Shown here in pieces: positions 35,358-48,240 of a DNA stretch of 64,000 nucleotides. How positions within the stretch are numbered: the first letter of the stretch is position 1; each line of letters opens with the position of its first letter. The position numbers and the translations under genes were made by a program. Below the pieces are notes generated by a model. It was not told the DNA's origin. It searched no databases and was given only the letters and a program-made list of their open reading frames with translations. Location of the stretch: NCBI RefSeq assembly GCF_030144855.1, contig NC_082706.1:44454001-44518000 (forward strand), given 5' to 3'. This DNA is from Hypanus sabinus. Taxonomy: Eukaryota.

Positions 35358-35651
35358 ACTGCACAGTAAGTGAGAGGGTCTGCTCCGATGAAACAGATGG
35401 GTATCTGACTCTGCAGGTGAGACTTTGCCCGTGGTGTTTGGGTACTGGGGTCATGGTCAGGACAGAAGTATATGTCAGAGTGTTGTGCCACCGAGTTACA
35501 CTGCTTGAGACTGATGGTGGTACATCCGTGGGGGTGACCCAGGTTAAGGTGGGTGAAGTTCCATTACACGTTGTGTTGAAGACGCATTTTATGTTCACAG
35601 ACTTTCCTTCAACAAGTTCAGCAGCAAATATCGTGGGTTTATCTGTGAAAT
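35358..35651 (-). CDS. Siglec-like cassette 3: C2-set exon
   Basis: 294 nt, phase 1-1; DFTDKPTIFAAELVEGKSVNIKCVFNTTCNGTSP...LTCRVRYPSVSSEQTLSLTVQ; the donor region has an extra GT (GTGTAAGT). Confidence 0.85.
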
Positions 35652-36737
35652 CTAACACAGAGAAATGAATCATTCTAGTTCAAAATCACAAGATGCATCA
35701 GTTCAGATAGAAATCCCAGTTCCACAAGTGAAAATATGTTTACAGGATGATCCCTGAACAATGAGGGTAGAGTGTGAGGGGAAGTTGAACAGTGTGGGGT
35801 TCATTACTGTTCTGAAAGCTGTTGAGAGGGGAAATGGGAATCAGAGTCCTCCACTGAGAGCCTCAATATCACCCAGTCACTGATACATCCAGTGGGGTAC
35901 GTCCTTCCCCAAACAGTGAGATATGGGCAAAGTGGACTTGGTCATGGGGAGGGGTGAGTTCAAAAAGATCAAATTAAATTTATTAGCAAAGTACATATAC
36001 AGGTTGTTACCTTGTACTGTACTACCTTGAGATTCATTCTCTTTCAGGCATTTTGGGGGAAAAGTAATCAAATGGAATTTACAAAAATTTACACAAGTTG
36101 AAAAAGACTGACAAGAAAAAGATAAATTGTAAATTCAAAAAATACAGTATTGTAAATATGAGTTGAAAAGTGTCCTTGAAAGTGAGCCTGTAGGGCACAG
36201 TATCAGCTCAGAGTCGGGGTGTTTGAGGTTATCCACACCATTCCAGGAGACTGGTGTTTGAAGGGGAATAACTGTTCCTGAACTGGGTGGTGTGGGACAC
36301 AAGGCTTCTGTACCTCCTGCCCGATGTTAGTAGTGAGATCAGGGCATGGCCTGGATGGTGGATAGAAACACAATGGACAGAGGAAGGTAAGGATGTGCAC
36401 ATGTTTGTGACAGAGAAGGAGAAGGAGTGGATGGTCAGTGGGATGATGCGCACTGTCACATGCAGAGAGACCCAATTGAACAAGTAACTGCATGTCATTC
36501 TGAGAACCTTTCGTATCCATGTCAGTTGTACTTCAATATGATTGAGAACATAGATCAGCTTTCATAACATAGCAATAGTTGATAAGATGAAAGTACAGAG
36601 GCTGCATCGGCAATGAATTTGAAGTTTCCAAAAATATCAGGAGTTGTGACAATGTGAATATTGAACTCGTACAAGTTTAGATCATTCCTCACTGACTGCT
36701 GATTGTCTGCTGTGGAGTCACCACACAGAACACCTAC

Positions 36738-37103
36738 CAGAAACACTGAGCAATGTAGTAGATTGATAGTTGAAATTATCTTGTCCGCCAAATTCAATCC
36801 TGAAAAAGTATGGCCCTGCATCTTCCAGAGTGATGTTGTCTATAACCAGGGAACAGTCACCATCTTTCACGTCTGCAGGCATACGGGTCCGATAAAAAAA
36901 ATTCAGGATCTCCTGACTGTGATCAATCAAGTGAAAGGCTATTTGAGGATTTTGTGCTATATCAGCCTTATACCAGATACCAGTCCTTGACTTCTTATCC
37001 AGATGTGACGGATAATGGTAGTGGCATGGAATCCGAGCACACAATCCTCTCTGTGATGTCACTTGTGATGGTGTGTCAGCTATCCACTCCTTTGACACTG
37101 CGG
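36738..37103 (-). CDS. Siglec-like cassette 3: V-set exon (intact)
   Basis: 366 nt, phase 1-1, ctcctcag acceptor and gtaggt donor; GLCARIPCHY, GIWY, GDCSL and YFFRIE (essential Arg) are Siglec V-set hallmarks. Confidence 0.93.
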
Positions 37104-39431
37104 CTGAGGAGAGAGTGAATGATTATATGACAATGGATGACTTGTCAAAACACCAGACTTGATATGCACACCCTGTATCACTCCTGCACTGTGCACATAG
37201 TGCATGCTGAGTGTGGGAGACCCAGTAAAATGCATCAGGTCTCCTCACGGATGGCAGCGGCATGTTAGTTTTACAGGGGGCCGGTTTATTCTCAGTTGGC
37301 TCATTGGCCTCAGGGTCAATGGAGTTTGTCTAACACTGTCAGGAAGGATCAATGACATGGGTGTGATCTAACACGGCAGGAAGTAATGGAGTGCCCAAAA
37401 TTAGTTGTTTCTTTATTGGTAATCATTTCCTATATACTCTTCAACGTATCACTGTCTCTGCTCCTTCCATGATCTGCTACATTGGATGTATCTGATCTTA
37501 CGGATCTAGGAATGAATGTGCATTATTATTATCTCAGTGATCCCTGTGGGACTGCCACAGGTACAAGGATGTTGATGTGACCGTGATCGATTAACATTGA
37601 TGCTGGTGACAGAGAGATTGCGATAGGGGTCCGTATTGACACGTCCCACACTTACAGAGCAGCTGGATGAACTTTGGCTTGTATGGGACAGTGAGATCAT
37701 CAAAGAGAGTTACAGGGAACTGGTCACCCTGATGTTGCAGGAGGAGGGGGTATTTTGGTGACTGTCAGCAGAAGTGGACATGTCAAACCTCAGTTCATTC
37801 AGAGCATCCCTGTAGCCATTCCTCTGAATAATAAGTATACCATTTTGGATACTGTTGTGGGGGATGACCTTCCACAGGAATGACATGGAGAGCAGGTTTA
37901 CTGGCACTGAGAATAGGTCCGTAGTGCAGAAGGGAAAGAGGGAGTGGAGAGGCGCGGTAGTATAGGGGAATCAATAGTCGGGGGAACAAACAGGAGATTC
38001 TGTGGATGTGAACAGGACACCAGGATGGTTTGTTGCCTCCCAGGTGCCAGGGTCAGGGACATCTGGGTTCACATCCACAGCATTTTGGAGTAGGGAGAGA
38101 AGTCTGATTTCTTGGTACATATTGGCAACTTTGCATTTACTGACTTTACACAGACTCAACCTGTAAATTAACCTTCTTAGAGTCTTGCATAAGGACTCCT
38201 GATTCCCTCTGCAACTGTAATGTTTCAACCCTTCCATTTCGATAATAGTCTGCACTACGGTTCCTTTTATCAAAATGCCTTATCATGCATTTGCAAACAC
38301 TCTATTCAATCTGCTACTCTTTTGTCCATTCTTCCAGTTTGTCTAAGGCCTGCTGCAATCACATTGCTTCCTCAGAACAACTCACCTCCCAACTATATCT
38401 GATCATCAGCAGACATGGCACAAAGCCATCAATTCCATTATCAAGCAATGTGAAAAGCAGCGGTCACAAGACAGACCCTAAAGCACCTCTAGTCACCAGC
38501 AGCCAATGAGAAAAGGCCTCTTTTATTCCCACTCACTGTCTTCTGCCTGTCGGCCATTCTGCTGTCCGTGCCGGTAGATTTCCTGTAATGTCGCAGAATT
38601 TTCTCTTCTTCAGCAGGGTCATGTTACCAATCTTATCAATGTTATCATGGTCAGTTTATCAAACTCTTTCAGAAAATCCAAGTAAATTACTTTCACTGCC
38701 TCTCCTTTGACCACTCTGCTTGTTACTTCCTCAAAGAACTCTAATAGATCAATCAAGCAGGTTCCCGTTTACAGAAACCATGCTGACTTTGAGGTTTTCT
38801 TATCATGTCTCCAATTTCCTCAAAGCCTCATTCCTGCTAATGGACTCCAACACTCCCAAACACTGAATTTAGGCTAACTGGCCTATAATTTCCTTTCTTT
38901 TGACTACCCTCTTGTGCTTGCTAGAATTTAAAAGGATGTTGGATCTCATTGAAATCGTTTGAACCTTAAAAGACCTAGACAGAGTAGATGTCGAAAGGAT
39001 CTATGGTTCGCTATGGTAGGTGAGTCCAGGACATGAGGACATCACCTCAGGATAGAGGGGCATCAATTTAAAACAAAGAAACAGAGAACGTTCTTCAACC
39101 AGATGTTGGTGACTTTCTGGAATTTGTTTTCTGCTGTGGAAACCAGGTCACTGGATGTATGTAAGGCAGAGATTGATGGGATCTTGATAGGCCACGACAT
39201 CAAAGGTTATGGGTAGGAGGTTGGGAATGGGGTGAGGAGGGAAAATGGATCAGCCATGACCGAATGATGGAGCAGATTCACTGGATCAACTGACCTAATT
39301 CTGCTCCCATGTCTTATGGTCTTCTCATGGATATTCAGGGCAGTATATAGTTAAACTGAAATTTGCAGCATATTTCTGTGTACTCTGCAGAGTATTGCTG
39401 TACCTGTGTGATAACTGTTCTCCATACTTAC

Positions 39432-39725
39432 ACTGCACAGTTAGTGAGAGGGTCTGCTCCGATGAAACAGATGGGTATCTGACTCTGCAGGTGAGGCTTT
39501 GTCCGTGGTGTTTGGGCGCTGGGGTCATGGTCAGGACAGAAGTATATGTCAGAGTGTTGTGCCACCGAGTTACACTGCTTGAGACTGATGGTGGTACATC
39601 TTTGGGGGTGACCCAGGTTAAGGTGGGTGAAGTTCCAATACACCTGGTGTTGAAGACGCATTTTATGTTCACAGACTTTCCTTCAACAAGTTCAGCAGCA
39701 AATATCGTGGGGTAATCTGTGAAAT
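39432..39725 (-). CDS. Siglec-like cassette 2: C2-set exon (open)
   Basis: 294 nt, phase 1-1, gtaagt donor; open reading frame. Confidence 0.85.
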
Positions 39726-40808
39726 CTAACACAGAAATGGATCCTTTTAGTTCAGTATCACCAGATGCATCAGTTCAGATAGAAATCCCAGCCCCACAAC
39801 AGGAAAGGTGTTTACAGGATGATCCCTGAACAATGAGGGTAGAGTGTGAGGGAAAGTTGAACAGTGTGGGGTTCATTACTGTTCTGAAAGCTGTTGAGAG
39901 GGGAAATGGGAATCAGAGTCCTCCACTGAGAGCCTCAATATCACCCAGTCACTGATACATCCAGTGGGGTACGTCCTTCCCCAAACAGTGAGACATGGGC
40001 CGAGTGGACTTGGACATGGAGGAGAAGAGTTCAAAAAGATCAAATTAAATTTATTAGCAAAGTACATATACAGGTTGTTACCATGTACTGTACTACCTAG
40101 AGATTCATTTTCTTGCAGGCATTTTGAGGGTAAAAGAAATCAAATGGAATTTACAAAAATTTACGCAAATTGAAAAAGACTGACAACAAAAAGATAAATT
40201 TTAAATTCAAAAAATACAGTACTGTAAATATGAGTTGAATTGTGTCTTTGAAAGTGAATCTCTAGGAACAGAATCAGCTCAGAGTCGGGGTGTTTGAAGT
40301 TATCCACATCATTCCAGGAGACTGGTGTTTGAAGGGGAATAACTGTTCCTGAACTGGGTGGTGTGGGTCACAAGGCTTCTGTACCTCCTGCCCGATGTTA
40401 GTAGTGAGATCAGGGCAGGGCCTGTATGGGTGGATAAAAACTCAAAGGACAGAGGAAGGGAAGGATTTGCGGATGTTTGGGACAGAGAAGGAGAAGGAGT
40501 GAACGGTCAGTGGGAAGATGAATACTGTCACATGCAGAGAGACCCAATTCTGCTAGAAACCGCATGTAACTCTGAGAACCTCTCATGTCCATGTCAGTTG
40601 TGCTTCAATATGATTGAGAACATAGATCGTCTTTCGTAACATACTGATAGTTGATAAGACAAAAGTAAAGAGGCTGCATCGGGAATGAATTTGAAGTTTC
40701 CGGAAAATCTGTAATTGTGACAATGGGAATATGGACACAGTGCAAGTTTAGATCATTCCTCACTGACTGCTGTTTGTCTGCTGTGGAGTCACCACACAGA
40801 ACACCTAC

Positions 40809-41173
40809 ACAGAAACACAGAGCAACGTAGTAGATTGATAGTTGAAATTATCTTGTCCGCCAAATTCAATCCTGAAAAAGTATGGCCCTGCATCTTCCAG
40901 AGTGATGTTGTCTATAACCAGGGAACAGTCACCATCTTTCAAGTCTGCAGGCATACTGGTCCGGTGACGAAACTTCAGGTTCTCCCGACTGTGATCATTC
41001 GAGTGAAAGGCTATTTGAGGATTCTGTGCTATATCAGCCTTATACCAGATACCAGTCCTTGACTTCTTATCCAGACGTGACGGATAATGGTAGTGGCATG
41101 GAATCCGAGCACACAATCCTCTCTGTGATGTCACTTGTGATGGTGTCAGCTCTCCACTCCTTCGACACTGCGG
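40809..41173 (-). pseudogene. Siglec-like cassette 2: V-set exon, frameshifted
   Basis: 2-nt deletion near the 5' end (GACACCATC vs GACACACCATC) gives an early TAA; one extra nt before the donor (TCTGTGTAGG). Confidence 0.85.
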
Positions 41174-43492
41174 CTGAGGAGAGAGTGAATAATGATTGAC
41201 AATGGATGACTTGTCAAAACACCAGACTTGATATGCACACCCTGTATCACTCCTGCACTGTGCACATAGTGCATGCCGTGTGTGGGAGACCCAGCGAAAT
41301 GCATCAGGTCTCCTCACGGATGGCAGCGGCATGTTAGTTTTACAGGGGGCCGGTTTATTCTCAGTTGGCTCATTGGCCTCAGGGTCAATAGAGTTTGTCT
41401 AATACTGTCAGGAAGGATCACTGACATGGGTGTGATCTAACACGGCAGGAAGAAATGGAGTGCCCAAAATTGGTCGTTTCTTCATTGGTAATCATTTCCT
41501 ATATGCTCTTCAACGTATCACTGTCTCTGCTCCTTCCATGATCTGCTACATTGGATGTATCTGATCTTACAGATCAAGGAATGAATGTGCATCATTATTG
41601 TCTCAGTGATCCCTGTGGGACTGCCACAGGTACAAGGATGTCGATGTGTCCGTGATCGAGTAACATTGATGCTGGTGACAGAGAGATTGCGATAGGGGTC
41701 CATATTGACAGGTGCCACACTTACAGAGCAGGTGGACGACCTTTGGCTTGAATGGGACAGTGAGATCATCAATTAGAGTTACAGGGAACTGGTCTGCCCT
41801 GATGTTGCAGGAGGAGGGGGTATTTAGGTGACTGTCAGCAGAACTGGACATGTCGAATGTCAGTTCATGCAGAGCATCCCTGTGGCCATCCCTCTCAATA
41901 AATACCATTTTGGATACTGTTGTGGGGGATGACCTTCCACAAGAATGGCATGGAGACCAGGTTTACTGGCTCTGAGCATGGGTCCATGGTGCAGAAGGGA
42001 AAGATGGAGTAGAGGGGAGCGTAGTGATAGGGGAATCAATAGTCAGGGGAACAGACAGGAGATTCTGTGGATGTGAACAGGACACCTGGATGGTTTGTTG
42101 CCTCCCAGGTTCCAGGGTCAGGGACATCTCGGTTCACATCCACAGCATTTTGGAGTAGGGAGAGAAGCCAGATGTCTTGGTACATATTGGCACCTTTGCA
42201 TTTACTGACTTTACACAGACTCAACCTGTAAATTAACCTTCTTAGAGTCTTGCATAAGGACACCTGATTCGCTTTGCAACTGTAATGATTCCATTTAGAT
42301 AACAGTCCACACTATGGTTCCTTTTACCAAAATGCATCATCATCCATTTGCCAACACTATTCAATCTGCCACTTTTTTGTTTATTCTTCCTGTTTGTCTA
42401 AGGCCTGCTGCAATCACATTGTTTCGCCAGCACAACTGACCTCCCAACTATATCTGATCATCAGCAAAGTTGCCACAAAGCCATTAATTCCATTATCAAG
42501 CAATGTGAAAAGCAGCGGTCACAATACAGACCTCAAAACACCTCTAGTCACCAGCAGCCAACCGGACAAGGCCCCTTTTATTCCCAATCACTGTTTTCTG
42601 CCTGTCGGCCATTCCGCTATCCGTGCCAGTAGATTTCCTGTAATGCCGCAGAATTTTCTCTTCTTCAGCAGGGTCATGTTATCAATCTTATGAATGTTAT
42701 CATGGTCAGTTTATCAAACTCCTTCAGAAAATCCAAGTAAATTACTTTCACTGCCTCTCCTTTGACCACTCTGCTTGTTACTTCCTCAAAGAACTCTAAT
42801 AGATCAATCAAGCAGGTTCCCGTTTACAGAAACCATGCTGACTTTGAGGTTTTCTTATCATGTCTCCAATTTCCTCAAAGCCTCATTCCTGATAATGGAC
42901 TCCAACACTCCCAAACACTGAATTTAGGCTAACTGGCCTATAATTTCCTTTCTTTTGACTACCCTCTTGTGCTTGCTAGAATTTAAAAGGATGTTGGATC
43001 TCATTGAAATCGTTTGAACCTTAAAAGACCTAGACAGAGTAGATGTCGAAAGGATCTATGGTTCGCTATGGTAGGTGAGTCTAGGACATGAGGACATCAC
43101 CTCAGGATAGAGGGGCATCAATTTAAGACAAAGAAACAGAGAACGTTCTTCAACCAGATGTTGGTGACTTTCTGGAATTTGTTCTCTGCTGTGGAAACCA
43201 GGTCACTGGATGTATGTAAGGCAGAGATTGATGGGATCTTGATAGGCCACGACATCAAAGGTTATGGGTAGGAGGTTGGGAATGGGGTGAGGAGGGAAAA
43301 TGGATCAGCCATGACCGAATGATGGAGCAGATTCACTGGATCAACTGACCTAATTCTGCTCCCATGTCTTATGGTCTTCTCATGGATATTCAGGGCGGTA
43401 TATAGTTATCCTCATACTGAAATTTGCAGCATATTTCTGTGTACTCTGCAGAGTATTGCTGTACCTGTGTGATAACTGTTCTCCAGACTTAC

Positions 43493-43786
43493 ACTGCACA
43501 GTTAGTGAGAGTGTCTGCTCCGATGAAACAGATGGGTATCTGACTCTGCAGGTGAGACTTTGCCCGTGGTGTTTGAGCGCTGGGGTCATGGTCAGGACAG
43601 AAGTATATGTCAGAGTGTTGTGCCACCGAGTTACACTGCTTGAGACTGATGGTGGTACATCCGTGGGGGTGACCCAGGTTAAGGTGGGTGAAGTTCCATT
43701 ACACGTTGTGTTGAAGACGCATTTTATGTTAACAGACTTTCCTTCAACAAGTTCAGCAGCGAATATCGTGGGGTAATCTGTGAAAT
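43493..43786 (-). CDS. Siglec-like cassette 1: C2-set exon (intact)
   Basis: 294 nt, phase 1-1, gtgttag acceptor and gtaagt donor. Confidence 0.92.
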
Positions 43787-44871
43787 CTAACACAGAGAAA
43801 TGAATCATTCTAGTTCAAAATCACAAGACGCATCAGTTCAGATAGAAATCCCAGTTCCACAAGTGAAAATATGTTTACAGGATGATCCCTGAACAATGAG
43901 GGTAGAGTGTGAGGGAAAGTTGAACAGTGTGGGGTTCATTACTGTTCTGAAAGCTGTTGAGAGGGGAAATGGGAATCAGAGTCCTCCACTGAGAGCCTCA
44001 ATATCACACAGTCACTGATACATCCAGTGGGGTACGTCCTTCCCCAAACAGTGAGACATGGGCCGAGTGGACTTGGACATGGAGGAGAAGAGTTCAAAAA
44101 GATCAAATTAAATTTATTAGCAAAGTACATATACAGGTTGTTACCATGTACTGTACTACCTAGAGATTCATTTTCTTGCAGGCATTTTGAGGGTAAAAGA
44201 AATCAAATGGAATTTACAAAAATTTACGCAAATTGAAAAAGACTGACAACAAAAAGATAAATTGTAAATTCAAAAAATACAGTACTGTAAATATGAGTTG
44301 AATTGTGTCTTTGAAGGTGAATCTCTAGGGCACAGAATCAGCTCAGAGTCGGGGTGTTTGAAGTTATCCACATCATTCCAGGAGACTGGTGTTTGAAGGG
44401 TAATCACTGTTCCTGAACTGGGTGGTGTGGGTCACAAGGCTTCTGCACCTCCTGCCCGATGTTAGTAGTGAGATCAGGGCAGGGCCTGGATGGTGGATAA
44501 AAACACAAAGGACAGAGGAAGGGAAGGAAGTGCAAATGTTTGGGACAGAGAAGGAGAAGGAGTGGACGGTCAGTGGGATGATGCACACTGTCACATGCAG
44601 AGAGACCCAATTCTGCTGGAAACCGCATGTAACTCTGAGAACCTGTCGTGTCCATGTCAATTGTGCTTCAATATGATTGAGAACATAGATCGTCTTTCAT
44701 AACATACTAATAGTTGATAAGACGAAAGTAAAGAGGCTGCATCGGGAATGAATTTGAAGTTTGTGGAAAATCTGGAGTTGTGACAATGGGAATATGGACA
44801 CAGTGCAAGTTTAGATCATTCCTCACTGACTGCTGATTGTCTGCTGTGGAGTCACCACACAGAACACCTAC

Positions 44872-45237
44872 CAGAAACACTGAGCAATGTAGTAGATTGA
44901 TAGTTGAAATTATCTTGTCCGCCAAATTCAATCCTGAAAAAGTATGGCCCTGCATCTTCCAGAGTGATGTTGTCTATAACCAGGGAACAGTCACCATCTT
45001 TCAAGTCTGCAGGCATACAGGTCCGGTGACGAAACTTCAGGTTCTCCCGACTGTGAACTTTCGAGTGAAAGGCTATTTGAGGATTTTGTGCTATATCAGC
45101 CTTATACCAGATACCAGTCCTTGACTTCTTATCCAGACGTGACGGATAATGGTAGTGGCATGGAATCCACGCACACAAACCTCTCTGTGATGTCACTTGT
45201 GATGGTGTGTCAGCTCTCCACTCCTTTGACACTGCGG
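44872..45237 (-). CDS. Siglec-like cassette 1: V-set exon (intact)
   Basis: 366 nt, phase 1-1; KEWRADTP...GLCAWIPCHY...GDCSL...YFFRIEF. Confidence 0.93.
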
Positions 45238-45929
45238 CTGAGGAGAGAGTGAATAATTATATGACAATGGATGACTTGTGAAAACACCAGACTTGATATC
45301 CACACCCTGTATCACCCCTGCACTGTGCTCATAGTGCAAGCCGAGTGTGGGAGACCCAAGGAAACGGATCAGGTCTCCTCACAGATGGCAGCGGCATGTT
45401 AGTTTCTCAGGGGGCCGGTTTATTCTCAGTTGGCTCATTGGCCTCAGGGTCAATGGAGTTTGTCTAACACTGTCAGGAAGGATCACTGATATGGGTGTGA
45501 TCTAACACGGCAGGAAGAAATAGAGTGCCCAAAAACTGGTCGACTCTTCATTGGGAATCATTTCCTATTTGATCTTCAACGTGTCACTGTCTCTGCTCCT
45601 TCCATGATCTGCTATGTTGGATCTAGGAATGAATGTGGCTCATTATTATCTAACTGATCCCTGTGGACTCCCATAGGTAGAAGGATGTTGATATGCCTGT
45701 GTTAGAGTACCACAGTTACTTGTGACAGATATTTTGTGACATGGATCCATACCGACAGTTCCCACACTAACAGTGCAGCTTTCTTGCAACGTGTCCCATT
45801 CAACAAAACAGCAATCCCACACACTGTCCTGCTGATACTGCAGCCCAGTCAACGTGTAACATCACAGTACTTCACTGCGGCAATTTGGATCTTCTGGAAC
45901 ATGAGAAGCTGGTAAGAGTTGTGGACTTA

Positions 45930-46400
45930 ACGCAGTATGTCACAGGTACATCCGCGCCCCCTCCCCCCGGTGACCATTAGGACTACTGTATCTACAATAG
46001 GCGCCACCTCAAGAAGGCAACGCCCATCGTCAAACATCCCCACCATCCTGACGGTGTCCTTTTCTCTCAGCTCCCATTGGGCAGGAGGGACAGAAGCCTG
46101 AAGGCCCACATCACCAGGTTCAGGAACAGCTCCTTCCCTTCAAACATCCCGATCTTGATCAAACACAACCACATCCTCAGTATCACAACACTGTGACCAC
46201 TTCGCATTACAATAGGCTTCTTTTGTTTCAGTTGTGTTTTTTCTTGTAAACTTGTGTAGAATTTGTTTTTCTCCTGAATGTTGTGCATCTCGTGTTAATG
46301 TACCTGTGAGGCTGCTGCAAGGAAGTTTTTCATTACACGTGCAGACATGGAGTTGAGCGTCTGATAATAAACTCCACTTTAACACACGTGACTCTGAATG
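45930..46400 (+). mobile_element. Rex1/Babar-type LINE 3' end
   Basis: CCACCTCAAGAAGGCAACGCCCATCGTCAAACATCCCCACC...CAGGTTCAGGAACAGCTCCTTCCC motif and tail. Confidence 0.7.
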
Positions 46401-46479
46401 TGTGACACTCCAATATCTACAGTGCAGTGTTCCTTCTGCACCTCCCCTTTTCAGTTACAAGTTTATTCACACAAAAATA

Positions 46480-47330
46480 CACAAAATACATATGTACAAG
46501 TGAATAAGTTTCAATTAAAATATGTTAATCAGCCAAATCCCTGGGGTGGGAGGGACACCGTTCCTGGAAATTCCCAAGTGTACCCAGGGTAACGCACGCC
46601 CACTCTCCAAGGACAGCCGGGCATGAACATATCCCCGGAAGCGGGGCAGTCATTCCGGCCGGACAGAATCCTTGATTCTCTTCCGCCTGGACCTATAAAT
46701 GGCCAACCTGGCCAAGTCCACCAGTGGATCCTCCGAAGGACCTGCCCCTTCCGTACTGGGTGCCTGTATATCAGGAGCACAGGGCTGAAGTGCAAACAAA
46801 GCCTGAGGAACAGCCAATTCAGATACTCAAATAGGGGCCACAGCCCCTCACACTCCATATAAATGTGGTACACTGACTCTCCCTGGTCACAGAATGGACA
46901 GGTGGACGGCACCCCCAGTATACAGGGGAGGAACCCTTCATAAAGACATTTCCCCCGTAAATCCTTCCCCTGGATTGCAGACTCAGAGACACGTCTCTCC
47001 GTATCTGCAGACCTCAGGGGTGCTGTGGCACGCTGACCTCCATATCGGAGGCTCCCTCAGACTCGGGCACCACTTTCTGTACCCGGCTTCCCCAGGCCTT
47101 TGCTGAATCTCAGACACCATAGGGCCCTTCGAGTCGGGTTCAGGAGTAACCTCCTGCCCCTCTCCTCCGGGGGAGAGGCCTCGAGATGGTTGTTCTTTTT
47201 CATCACCTTCCTATCAGTCACCTGACCCCACCCCTCACCGTCATCTGCATCGCCCGCATCCCCAAATATCACCACCAGTGGTGGTGGCGGGGGGGGGGTG
47301 GTGTGGAGAGACTAGAGGAGGAACAGCAGG
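46480..47330 (-). mobile_element. Tx1-type L1 fragment (ORF2 C-terminal Cys/His region and upstream pieces)
   Basis: CPFCDQGESVYHIYMEC...LFEYL...LCLHFSPVLLIYRHPV; homolog at 49340-49800. Confidence 0.75.
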
Positions 47331-47899
47331 GGTAGGGCAGCTCAGGAAGTCTCAGCAGTGCTGCCCTGTGTCTCCGGAGTTAAGTTAGCAGCCCTTGAGT
47401 ATGCCCGAACTCTTTACAGGCACGTCATGATGGTACGACAATAATGCCTCTCCAATTGCACCTGAAAGCACCCATCTGTGTCCCCACCCCATTCCAGTTG
47501 CATCAGCAAGTGGCGCTGAAATGAGAAAAGGTGATCAAACCCCTGCAGAGGTGTCCTGTACCACACTGGGGTGGTATTTGACCGCACCAAGAGAGGGCAG
47601 CTGGGGAGGAGGGCCGTACCAGGGATATTGGAGGTGGGTGTTGGAAAGAATAACCAACTTCACAAAAGCCCTCTCACGGCCAGGAACACATCTCTCCCAG
47701 ACCAAAGATAGAATATGATCTCCCTGTTCAATTTTGTAGACTAACAAGATGATTATGACAACCAACAGTCTCAGCCATGGCTTTTAAAGCACTGTTTCTA
47801 CTTATTGAAGTTGGTGCAGTGGCACTGGTTTAAAGTGATGGTGGAGAGGTTTAATGAAAACTCGAGGAGCAATTTCTTCTCCTAGAAAGTGAACAATAT

Positions 47900-48240
47900 A
47901 TAAGACCATAAAACCACATGACACATAATTAGAATTAGGCAATTCTGTCCATTGAGTTGCTCCACCATTCTCTCACGACTGACTTATTATCCCTCTCAAC
48001 CCCATTCTCCTGCCTTCTCCCTGTAACTTTTGAGGTCCTTACTAATCAAGAACCTATCAACCTCTCCTTTAAATGAATAGGCCTCCACAGCTATCTGTGG
48101 CAATTAATTCTACAGATCCACCACACTTTTGCTAAAACATTTTCTCTGTTCTCAGGGGATATTTCTGTTCAGAGATAGTGCCCTCTGGTCTGAGTCTTTG
48201 CCACTATAGGAAACATCCTCTCCACATCCAGTCTATGAGG
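47900..48240 (-). mobile_element. CR1 LINE 3' end
   Basis: Reverse-strand CR1 C-terminus and tail. Confidence 0.65.

Noticed and set aside
37104-37440. Cassette-specific promoter and leader upstream of each V exon (TATATA, GGAA motifs, ATG...ATACAGG|gtgtg)
   Set aside because: No frame gives a hydrophobic signal peptide (e.g. MHYVHSAGVIQ), the donor is weak and the ATGs are not conserved across units. It cannot be fully excluded without 5' RACE.
40805-41332. 175-aa ORF as an intronless secreted V-domain protein
   Set aside because: It arises from the 2-nt deletion joining intron sequence to the V frame; no signal peptide.
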